In this document: in pieces, positions 9,205-16,780 of the stretch
How positions within the stretch are numbered: the stretch's first letter is position 1
Layout: every line of letters starts with the position of its first letter
The notes under the pieces: generated by a model
Told to the model about the DNA's origin: nothing
Database searches by the model: none
The model's input: the letters and a program-made list of their open reading frames with translations, nothing else
Translations under genes and position numbers: made by a program
DNA from: an uncultured Gemmatimonadales bacterium
Lineage (GTDB): Bacteria; Gemmatimonadota; Gemmatimonadetes; Longimicrobiales; RSA9
Assembly: GCA_963798845.1 (NCBI GenBank)
Contig: CAWCUS010000006.1
Location: forward strand, 864,001 to 928,000
Reading direction: 5' to 3'
Length of the DNA: 64,000 nt

Positions 9205-10497
9205 ATGCCGAGCCGTCCCCCGTCGCGATCTCTGACCCCGCTGTATCCGACGCGCATGACGTTCGTCCTGCCGGTGGCGCTCGCGGCCGCCGCGGCGCTC
9301 GTGCTGGCCGCGGCCGCGCTCCCGTCCCCGGCGGTCGCCCAGCGCCCCGATGGCCGGGCGGTCGAGCTCCCGCCCGGTCCCGGTCGCGAGATCGTGCAGT
9401 CGGTATGCGCCTCGTGCCATGGGCTGGAGCGGGTCACGTCCGACGGATACACGCGCGAGGGGTGGCTGCGGCTGTTCGGGACGATGGTGGACCTGAATCC
9501 GGATCAGGCGAGCCGGGTGGCCGACTACCTGGCTGCGAACTTTCCGGAGAAGCCCAAGCCGCACCCCGCGCTGGTGCCCGGGGCGGTGAAGGTTTCGTTC
9601 CGGGAGTGGGATCTGCCGACGAAGGGTTCCCGTCCGCACGACCCTCTGGCCACGTCCGACGGCGCCATCTGGTACACCGGCATGATGTCCAACACGCTGG
9701 GCCGCGTGGACCCCGGGACCGGTCAAATCAGGGAGTACCCGCTGCCGCGGCCGGGCTCCGGACCGCACGGCCTGACCGCCGACGCCCGGGGGCGGATCTG
9801 GTTCACGGCGAACCGCGCCGGCTACATCGGTCGGCTCGACCCGGCCACGGGCGAGGTGACCGAGCATCCAGTGGACGCCCGTGACCCGCACACGCCCCTC
9901 TTCGACCCTGCCGGCCAGCTGTGGTTCACGGCTCAGGGCGCGAACGAGGTGGGCCGGCTCGACCCGGCCACCGGCAGGGCGGAGATCGTGAAGCTGCCGA
10001 CGCCCCGGTCCAACCCGTATGGCCTCGTGATGGATTCCCGGGGCCGGCCGTGGTTCGCGGAGTTCGGCGGAAATCGCATCGGCACCATCGACCCGGAGAC
10101 CCTGGCGCTGCGGGAGCTCGCTCTCCCGTCGGCCGAGGCGCGCCCGCGTCGAATCGCCATCGATGATGACGACGTGCTCTGGTACACCGACTTCGCCCGT
10201 GGCTATCTGGGACGGGTCGAGCCGGTCACGGGGGAGGTGGAGGAGTGGCAGTCGCCCAGCGGAGACCGGGCGAGACCGTACGCCATCGCGGTCACACGGG
10301 GCGCCGTGTGGTACGTCGAGACGGGCGTGGTGCCGAACGCGCTGGTCCGTTTCGACCCGGCCAGCGCCACTTTCCAATCCTGGCCGATCCCGGCAGGCGG
10401 CGGCGTGGTCCGGAACATGGTGCGCACGCGCACGGGGGACCTCGCGATCGCGGAAAGCGCGCTGAACAAGGTGGGGCTGGTCACGATCGCGCCCTGA
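9205..10497 (+). CDS. Secreted monoheme cytochrome c fused to a Vgb (virginiamycin B lyase)-like beta-propeller
   Basis: GGAGG RBS before 9205 (alternative start 9256); CASCH; repeated PH...G.IWFT...IGRLDP blades. Confidence 0.8.
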   Translation: MPSRPPSRSLTPLYPTRMTFVLPVALAAAAALVLAAAALPSPAVAQRPDGRAVELPPGPGREIVQSVCASCHGLERVTSDGYTREGWLRLFGTMVDLNPDQASRVADYLAANFPEKPKPHPALVPGAVKVSFREWDLPTKGSRPHDPLATSDGAIWYTGMMSNTLGRVDPGTGQIREYPLPRPGSGPHGLTADARGRIWFTANRAGYIGRLDPATGEVTEHPVDARDPHTPLFDPAGQLWFTAQGANEVGRLDPATGRAEIVKLPTPRSNPYGLVMDSRGRPWFAEFGGNRIGTIDPETLALRELALPSAEARPRRIAIDDDDVLWYTDFARGYLGRVEPVTGEVEEWQSPSGDRARPYAIAVTRGAVWYVETGVVPNALVRFDPASATFQSWPIPAGGGVVRNMVRTRTGDLAIAESALNKVGLVTIAP

Positions 10498-10547
10498 CGC
10501 GGATCGCCGACGGCGGACGACCGCGGCCCCGGCCGCCGAGCGCTGCC

Positions 10548-11822
10548 TCAGCCGGCGGGGGCGGCCTCCACCCGCTCGCGCAGGAGGTGGTACGCCGTGG
10601 CGTGGGCCTCCTGGATGCGCGGGATGTGCTGCGACGGAGCGATGACGACATGGTCCGCCAGCCGTTCCGCCGCGATCCGGCCGCCCTCGTAGCCAACGAA
10701 CGCGAGCGTCGCGATGCCGCGGCGACGCGACTCCTGGAGCGCGCGCACGATGTTGCGGGAGTCGCCGCTGGTGGAGAAGGCGAGGGCGACGTCGCCCTCG
10801 CGGCCGTGGGCTATGACCTGGCGTGCGAAGATGGACTCGGTGCCCACGTCGTTGGCGATGGCGGTCAGGATGGATGCGTCCTCCGTGAGGTCGAGCGCCC
10901 GCCGGGCCGGCCACCCTTGCGGCGCACTGCGGAAGTCGGCCACCACGTCCATGGCGTCCGTGGCCGAGCCGCCGTTGCCGAACGCGAGGATGCGGCCGCC
11001 TCTCCCGAGCGCGGCGCGAACTGCGTCGGCCGCGGCCTCGATATCCGCCGCCCCCACCATCGCCTCCCTGAGCGCGCCTACCTCCTCGGCCTTCATGAGC
11101 ACAGAGCGGCGGACGTCCTCGAGCACCGCCTCGAGGTCCTGCTCCTGCTCGCGGAGGAAGGGGTAGAGGAAGCTGGAGGCGCCGGCGTCGTGCGCGGCCT
11201 CCACGGTGCGCCCTTCGAGAAGGCCCCTGTGCTCGAAGAAGACGTGGACCAGCTCCCAGAGCACGTGGTATAGCGTCTCCACGAGCTCCTGCTGGACGAA
11301 CGGGTCGGGAGACGGCGGAGACAGCTCCCACTCCGACCCCGTCCCGCCGAACCCGATGGAGAGGGCGCCGCGCGCGCGAGCCAGCGCGCTCACCTCCCCG
11401 AGCGGGGCCGCGTCGGTCTCCGGCCCGAAGATCATGAGCATGTCGTCGGGCTCGAGGAGCGTGTCCACCTGCACGTCGAGCGCGCCGCCGTCCGCCGTGA
11501 GCCCCAGGGCGGGAAGCGCTCGCTTGCCGACGATCACCGGGTGGACGAACTCAACGGCGACGTGCCGGGCATCCGAGCGTGCGGCGGGTGAGGCACCGGC
11601 GGCGAGGAGCCGGCCGCCGCGGGCGAAGCGCTCCGCCATTCCGTGGCAGAGCCGCGCGATCCGGGACGCTTCGGCGTGGAAGAAGTCGGAATTCGCCGCC
11701 GTCCTCCGCGCGACCGCATTGGCAAGCGAGGTCGCGGCGGTCGCGGCGGACGCGACGGACGCGGCGGGCGCGGCGGGCACGGCCTGCCCGGCGGCGCGGG
11801 GGCTGCCCGTGCGGGTGCTCAC
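10548..11822 (-). CDS. Double SIS-domain (GmhA/phosphoheptose-isomerase-like) hydrogenase-associated protein
   Basis: Two SIS-like repeats: HVAVEFVHPVIVGKRALPA...YHVLWELVHVFFEH and GNGGSATDA...STSGDS...IQEAH; GTG overlaps the hypB stop. Confidence 0.75.
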   Translation of the reverse strand: MSTRTGSPRAAGQAVPAAPAASVASAATAATSLANAVARRTAANSDFFHAEASRIARLCHGMAERFARGGRLLAAGASPAARSDARHVAVEFVHPVIVGKRALPALGLTADGGALDVQVDTLLEPDDMLMIFGPETDAAPLGEVSALARARGALSIGFGGTGSEWELSPPSPDPFVQQELVETLYHVLWELVHVFFEHRGLLEGRTVEAAHDAGASSFLYPFLREQEQDLEAVLEDVRRSVLMKAEEVGALREAMVGAADIEAAADAVRAALGRGGRILAFGNGGSATDAMDVVADFRSAPQGWPARRALDLTEDASILTAIANDVGTESIFARQVIAHGREGDVALAFSTSGDSRNIVRALQESRRRGIATLAFVGYEGGRIAAERLADHVVIAPSQHIPRIQEAHATAYHLLRERVEAAPAG

Positions 11823-12514
11823 GCGGGCTGCCGGCGCCTGCTACGCGATCTGGCATGAAGCTGCACCAGCCACTCGGCCCACGCAGCCACGCCTTCCCCG
11901 GTGCGGGCGCTGACCCTCAGACGGGGCACGCCCGGGTGGACGGCACCGAGCGCGGCCTCGAGGCGCGGGAGGTCGAAATCGAGGTGTGGGAGGAGGTCCA
12001 CCTTGTTGATCAGGACCAGGTCCGAAGTGCGGAACATGAGCGGGTACTTGAGCGGCTTGTCCTCCCCCTCGGTGACCGAGATGGCCATGACGCGCGCATC
12101 CTCCCCGATGCGGAACTCAGCGGGACACACCAGGTTACCCACGTTCTCGACGATGAGCAGGTCGATGGCGCCGAGGGGGAGCGCGTCGAGGGCGGAGCGG
12201 ACCATGTTGGCGTCCAGGTGGCACTCGCCGCCGAAGCCTGGATCCGTGTTGATCTGTGCGACGTGGACGTGGAACGGCATGAGCCGTTCGGCGTCGAGCT
12301 GTCCCTGCACGTCGCCTTCGAGGATCCCGATTTCGAGGCGGTCCTGGACGAGGGGAAGGACCCGCTCCAGGAGGGCCGTCTTCCCTGAGCCCGGGGCGCT
12401 CATGAAGTTGACGACGGTCACGTCGGTGCGGTCGAAGTCGGCGCGGTTGGCGCGGGCGATCGTGTTATTGGCGTCGAGGGCGTCCTCGGCGACGCGGATG
12501 CGCTTGAGGTGCAT
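11819..12514 (-). CDS. hypB: Hydrogenase nickel incorporation GTPase HypB
   Basis: SAPGSGKT, CHLDA, ENVGNLVCPA, EGEDKPLKYP, NKVD. Confidence 0.95.
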   Translation of the reverse strand: MHLKRIRVAEDALDANNTIARANRADFDRTDVTVVNFMSAPGSGKTALLERVLPLVQDRLEIGILEGDVQGQLDAERLMPFHVHVAQINTDPGFGGECHLDANMVRSALDALPLGAIDLLIVENVGNLVCPAEFRIGEDARVMAISVTEGEDKPLKYPLMFRTSDLVLINKVDLLPHLDFDLPRLEAALGAVHPGVPRLRVSARTGEGVAAWAEWLVQLHARSRSRRRQPA

Positions 12515-12610
12515 TCTTCCGTGCTCCGTGCTCAGCTATTGACCGTTGCGTTCCGGACCGGCGTGCGGTCCATCTCCCCTCCCTGACCGACGGGTCGGCG
12601 TTCGCCGGTG

Positions 12611-12766
12611 CTACATCCGCTCGATGTTCATGTACCGGCGCAGCGCCGGGAGCTCGGCCCTGAACGCGCGCGCCGCAAGGTAGACCACCCCGAGGAGCAC
12701 CATCTTGCTGAGCCAGCTTCCGTGGTCGCGGTCACCGGCATCTTCCCGCCCATTGTCCTTCTTCAT
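12611..12766 (-). CDS. 51-aa single-TM small protein of hydrogenase clusters (DUF6893-like); absent from the ORF track
   Basis: Translated by hand: MKKDNGREDAGDRDHGSWLSKMVLLGVVYLAARAFRAELPALRRYMNIERM*; the P..RRY..I.RM terminus is typical of the small ORF after the protease in group 1h clusters. Confidence 0.7.
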   Translation of the reverse strand: MKKDNGREDAGDRDHGSWLSKMVLLGVVYLAARAFRAELPALRRYMNIERM

Positions 12767-12769
12767 GGG

Positions 12770-13564
12770 TCACCCGTCCAGTTCGAGGATTTCCGAAAGC
12801 AGCGTCGCGACCTGAGCCATGGCGACATCCACGGCGGCGGCCACTGCCGGGCTGAGCTCTCCGAGGATCTCATCCGCGCTCGGGTCGGGGACAACGGCCG
12901 GCTCGCAGCCTACGACCAGGACCCGGTCCGGGAGTGGTCCGAGGGCGCGGGCGAACGCCAGAACGCGAACCGGGTCCATGCCGTGGGTGTCCACGCCCAC
13001 CGGCCCCTCCTCGGCCACTTCCGCTTCGATGACGTACACGGTGCCCGGCGGCCGGCCGCGCGGCACCGCATCGACGAAGATGACCGTGCCGTAGTCGCGC
13101 AGCGCGTAGGCCAGGTCCATCCCCCGGATCCCGAAGTCGCGCACCGTGGCCCCGGCCGGGAGCCCGCGGGCGGCGAGCTTCCGGGCGACGCACACGCCGA
13201 AGCCATCGTCGCCCAGGAACACGTTCCCGATTCCGGCCACCAGGACGCGGTGGAGTGGCAGCGGCTGCACCTCCCGGGCGCGGAAATAGAAGCGGTGCCC
13301 GGGATGGCGGGCCAGGCCGAGGTCGCGGCCGGGGTCGTCTTCCACGGCGACAGCGACGTGGACACCGCCCTCGTCGTCCTCATCAATGCCCTCGATCACT
13401 GCAACGCGTCCGGCCAGCGCGAGGTCCATGATGTCGCCGCCCGGGTCGGGTCTGAGCCGTACACGGCTTCCACGCCGCAGCTCGACGCCCTCGACGGTGA
13501 CGCTTTCAGGGCCCGGTCGCTCCATCTCCGCCCAGAACGCCATCGGGTCCCGGGGCGGCTGCAT
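12770..13564 (-). CDS. Hydrogenase maturation endopeptidase (HyaD/HybD family) with an N-terminal accessory domain fusion
   Basis: C-half VLVAGIGNVFLGDDGFGV, VIFVDA, THGMDP, VVGCEP; extra ~100-aa N-terminal domain GSRVRLRP...DDPGRDLG...FYF. Confidence 0.85.
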   Translation of the reverse strand: MQPPRDPMAFWAEMERPGPESVTVEGVELRRGSRVRLRPDPGGDIMDLALAGRVAVIEGIDEDDEGGVHVAVAVEDDPGRDLGLARHPGHRFYFRAREVQPLPLHRVLVAGIGNVFLGDDGFGVCVARKLAARGLPAGATVRDFGIRGMDLAYALRDYGTVIFVDAVPRGRPPGTVYVIEAEVAEEGPVGVDTHGMDPVRVLAFARALGPLPDRVLVVGCEPAVVPDPSADEILGELSPAVAAAVDVAMAQVATLLSEILELDG

Positions 13565-14652
13565 CAGCCCTCCTCCTCGCCCGCCGGGCGGGCCACGCCT
13601 CGCGCGGGCCGGAGGTCGCGAAACGTGCCGTGGAGCCCCATGCGCTGGTGCGGCGTGAGGCTCTCGGTCCGCTCCAGGATCTGGCGGGTGCGCGGGTCGG
13701 CCGCGCGCATCTCCTCATGCTCCTCGTCCGTGAGGCCGAGGATGCTGAGGACCAGCAGCTCGTCGATCTCCCCGCCGTCGAAAAGGTCGCCCGGGCTCTC
13801 GGGTGCGACACGCGGGTGGTCGGAGAGGATGATCGGGGACACGAGCAGGCGGTCCGTGCTCCCGGGCTCGCCCACGAGCACCGGCCACCATCCCCCGTTC
13901 CGGCAGCCATCTGCGGCCGACCGCAGGTGCGCGGGCGGGTCGGTCAGCGAGATGAAGCGGGCGCCGTGAGCGTGCAGGACGAGGTGCGCCGAGATGAAGG
14001 CGGAGCGGAGGGCCGAGGCGCGCTCGTCGCCAGTCCACGGGGTCGTGTTGCGCACGGTCATGGTCAGCCTGGCGACGCGGCTCCCGGCGCCCGCCAGGTT
14101 TGCATCGAGGAGCTGCGTCCGGACCTCCATCCGCCCTTCGAGACGGGCCCAGCTGCGCACGACGGAGCCGGCGCGCCGCCCCGCCGCCGCCGTGATCGGC
14201 TCCTCCACTTCACCGGCCTCGATCCGGATCCGGCTCGCGACCGCGTCCGGCCGGGCCACGCGCACCCCTCGCAGGGCAGCTTCCCGCTCCATGGCTTCGT
14301 CCCAGGCGACGTGCCGCGCCCCGTCCACGACGACCTCGTCCACGAAGCGGGCATGACCCTGCTCTACCGCCGTCACCCGCCGCTGCACGACGTGGAGGAA
14401 ACGGACCCCCACGTCCACCGTGGGCGGCCTGCCGGCGGGAGTGTCCGGCACCTCCACCAGGCACTCGGCTCCGAGCTTCGGGGGGTCATCCGCGTGGTCG
14501 CGGTCGCTCCACCCGGGCGGGAACACGCACCCGAAGTTCCATCGCTTCTGGTTCTTCAGCGTGCTGCGCCGGTAGGGCCACAGCATGTAGCCCTCGTACA
14601 GCACCGCGCGCGCGATGTCGCGGACCGGATCCGTGGCGGTGAGCGTCATCAT
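13564..14652 (-). CDS. Group 1h hydrogenase accessory protein (HhaC-like)
   Basis: AVLYEGYMLWPYRRSTLKNQKRWNFG, SPIILSDHPRVAPESPGDLFDGGEIDELL; ATGA overlap with the upstream gene. Confidence 0.8.
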   Translation of the reverse strand: MMTLTATDPVRDIARAVLYEGYMLWPYRRSTLKNQKRWNFGCVFPPGWSDRDHADDPPKLGAECLVEVPDTPAGRPPTVDVGVRFLHVVQRRVTAVEQGHARFVDEVVVDGARHVAWDEAMEREAALRGVRVARPDAVASRIRIEAGEVEEPITAAAGRRAGSVVRSWARLEGRMEVRTQLLDANLAGAGSRVARLTMTVRNTTPWTGDERASALRSAFISAHLVLHAHGARFISLTDPPAHLRSAADGCRNGGWWPVLVGEPGSTDRLLVSPIILSDHPRVAPESPGDLFDGGEIDELLVLSILGLTDEEHEEMRAADPRTRQILERTESLTPHQRMGLHGTFRDLRPARGVARPAGEEEG

Positions 14653-15305
14653 GCCTCCTCGGCCGGGAGCAGGCGCTCGAGCGCCGCCTCCCACGTGGGC
14701 GGCGACTGGACGGAGCGGAACGCGTCGAGGCGGTCGAAGACGTCCCGCCTGACGCGCAGCCAGGCCGTGTTGGGGTAGTAGTGGTCCATGAGCTCGTGCC
14801 AGAGCCGCGCGGGCATGGCGAAGCGCGCCTCCCGATCCCAGGGAAGCCGGATCATGCGGAGCTCCCCGCCCACGTCGGCGTAGAACACGCTGCCGCTGAA
14901 GAGCAGCTCGAGCGGGATCTCGCCATCCCGCACGGCGTTCAGGTACTTCGAGGCCACCACGTCGAAGTCGTAGCCGCACGGAACTCGCAGCGAGACCGTG
15001 GTGCGGCGGTCGAATGCAGGCACGACCATCGTGGTCTGGGACCAGAGCAGGCTGCGGAGGTTGCGGCCCCAGTCTCCCGGCTCGCCGAAGAGCTCACGCA
15101 GCCCGGACGCCGGGTCGGAACCGTAGCCGCGCTCCCCGGCCATTATGCGGATCTGCGCGTTCATCACGATGGAGCGGACCTCCGCCTCGCCCGCGTCCAC
15201 GCGGAGCCGCAGCTCCAGCATGGGCACCGCGGCGTGCCGCACGACCCCGGCCGACTCGACGGCGAACGAGAGCTCGGGCCGCGCGGCCACCGTCCGCGGG
15301 CTCAT
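14649..15305 (-). CDS. DUF6084-family hydrogenase accessory protein (HhaB-like)
   Basis: LRELFGEPGDWG, VPCGYDFDVVASKY, LLFSGSVFY, YPNTAWLR. Confidence 0.8.
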   Translation of the reverse strand: MSPRTVAARPELSFAVESAGVVRHAAVPMLELRLRVDAGEAEVRSIVMNAQIRIMAGERGYGSDPASGLRELFGEPGDWGRNLRSLLWSQTTMVVPAFDRRTTVSLRVPCGYDFDVVASKYLNAVRDGEIPLELLFSGSVFYADVGGELRMIRLPWDREARFAMPARLWHELMDHYYPNTAWLRVRRDVFDRLDAFRSVQSPPTWEAALERLLPAEEA

Positions 15306-15520
15306 GCCGGAGACAGGTTCGGCATGTCCGGGAGGATCGCGTCGCTGGAATCCGGATTGATGCCCGTGGAGCGGCGCGCGGTGGAGCGGCCGTCCGCGAG
15401 GTGGCCTTTCATCGCATCGTAGCTCCCCTTGGCGTTCCCCTGGCCCACACCCTTCACGTGCGAAGGCTTGTCGGGCGACGTGTCCGCCTTGCCGACCTGC
15501 AGGTTGTGCTTCATCGACAT
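15302..15520 (-). CDS. Small hypothetical protein within the hydrogenase operon
   Basis: 72 aa, GGAGG RBS, tightly packed between neighbours; PSHVKGVGQGN...RSTARRSTGINP...PDMPNLSPA. Confidence 0.65.
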   Translation of the reverse strand: MSMKHNLQVGKADTSPDKPSHVKGVGQGNAKGSYDAMKGHLADGRSTARRSTGINPDSSDAILPDMPNLSPA

Positions 15521-15521
15521 C

Positions 15522-16346
15522 TCAATCCTCCCCCGCTGTCGTGGTCATCTCCCCGTGTACCGGCCCTGGCGCCGCCTCGCCGTCGTGCTTGCCCGGGCGG
15601 GTCGAATCACGCCCGTCCAGCGCTCGGAAGAACCGCTCGAGCCGCTCCCAGACCTCGCTGCCACCGCCCAGCCCCTTCCAGCTTTCCCGGATCAGCGCCA
15701 CCAGCTCGTAGCACACGTCCACCGGCACCAGCCAGTACGACGGCGACCCGTCGCCGGTGCGGTTCGCCAGCAGCGCCTCCACGTCCTCTTCCATCCCGCC
15801 CAGCGCCGGGTTCCGCTCCACCAGCTCCTGCCACCGGGCAAGCTCCAGGCGCGACTCGACGGCACCCATCGGACCGGGATAGAACGCCACCACTCTTCCC
15901 ACGGCGCTGTCGTGGAAGAAGAAGGCCATGTCGACCGGGACCTGGAACGCCCGCCACAGCGGGTCGGGAAGGTCGAACTCGTCCAGGCGAACCACGCGAT
16001 CCGGGACCAGCCGGTAATGGCCCCAACCCGCCTCCCGCCGGTCGAACAGGATGGAGCATGCGTGGCAGACGCAGCGGAGCCCCCGCTCCTCCAGGTCGAC
16101 CAGGTGGCGGTGGCGCTCCGCGATCGGCTCCGAACACAGCTCGCAGCGGAGGCCCGGTTCCGTTTCGGGCGCCGCCGCCGCCACCACGGGCCTCCGGACC
16201 GCGGCGAGCATCCCCTCCACTTCCGCCGCCATCCCGGCTCCACGAGCCGGCGGTGGGCGGCCGGTGCCGGGGACAGCGCTCGCCCGCCGGCGGCCGGTGG
16301 CCAGGTCGCGGAGGCGCGGTGAATCCAGGGAGGGGATCTGGCTCAC
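15522..16346 (-). CDS. DUF5947-family hydrogenase accessory protein (HhaA-like)
   Basis: CELC...HRHLVD...CVCHAC, QVPVDMAFF, FYPGPMGAVES, PVDVCYELVA; start codon uncertain. Confidence 0.8.
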   Translation of the reverse strand: MSQIPSLDSPRLRDLATGRRRASAVPGTGRPPPARGAGMAAEVEGMLAAVRRPVVAAAAPETEPGLRCELCSEPIAERHRHLVDLEERGLRCVCHACSILFDRREAGWGHYRLVPDRVVRLDEFDLPDPLWRAFQVPVDMAFFFHDSAVGRVVAFYPGPMGAVESRLELARWQELVERNPALGGMEEDVEALLANRTGDGSPSYWLVPVDVCYELVALIRESWKGLGGGSEVWERLERFFRALDGRDSTRPGKHDGEAAPGPVHGEMTTTAGED

Positions 16347-16780
16347 GGTCGGCCGCCTCCGCCAGACTCCAGCCGCACCAGCGGCGGGCCGCCGGGCGCG
16401 CCCGGGACATCCTCCGCGTGCCGGAAGCCGGCGGGGTGGAGGTCGTGGATCATGAGGAGGTGCCCGACCAGCTCGTCCACCGCGATGTCGTTCGGGCCAA
16501 CGGTGGAGTCGGGACGGGCAAGCCGCTCGAGCACGCGGCGAAATCCGTCCGCGTACAGGCCGAGGAGGGCCTGGATGGCGTCCAGCGCGCGCTCGCGCTC
16601 CGGGGCGGGCAGCGCGTCGAGCGCGGCCAGCGCCGCCTCGACTTCCTCGACCAGCCTGCGCGGATCGGCGCCCCCATCCGCCGCAGTGGCGCGGGAGCCC
16701 TGGCCTCCACTGTCACCGCGCTGGCTCGAACGGGTCTCGGCACGACCCGGGCGCCTCGCCTCCCCGGCGGAGCCGCTCAT
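16343..16780 (-). CDS. Truncated HhyE/NifU-associated protein (N-terminal helical part only)
   Basis: ATGA overlap with the hhyL stop; LLGLYADGFRRVL...DELVGHLLMIHDLHP, then ends; no Cys. Confidence 0.65.
   Translation of the reverse strand: MSGSAGEARRPGRAETRSSQRGDSGGQGSRATAADGGADPRRLVEEVEAALAALDALPAPERERALDAIQALLGLYADGFRRVLERLARPDSTVGPNDIAVDELVGHLLMIHDLHPAGFRHAEDVPGAPGGPPLVRLESGGGGRP

Noticed and set aside
9205..10497. Streptogramin resistance gene vgb
   Set aside because: Only fold-level resemblance; the signal peptide and heme domain differ from cytoplasmic Vgb lyases
7540..11331. Very long ORFs 7540..10497 (+, 985 aa) and 7552..11331 (-, 1259 aa) as giant overlapping genes
   Set aside because: Each is a real gene plus the stop-free antisense shadow of its divergent neighbour, typical of high-GC DNA; true starts are 9205 and 9021
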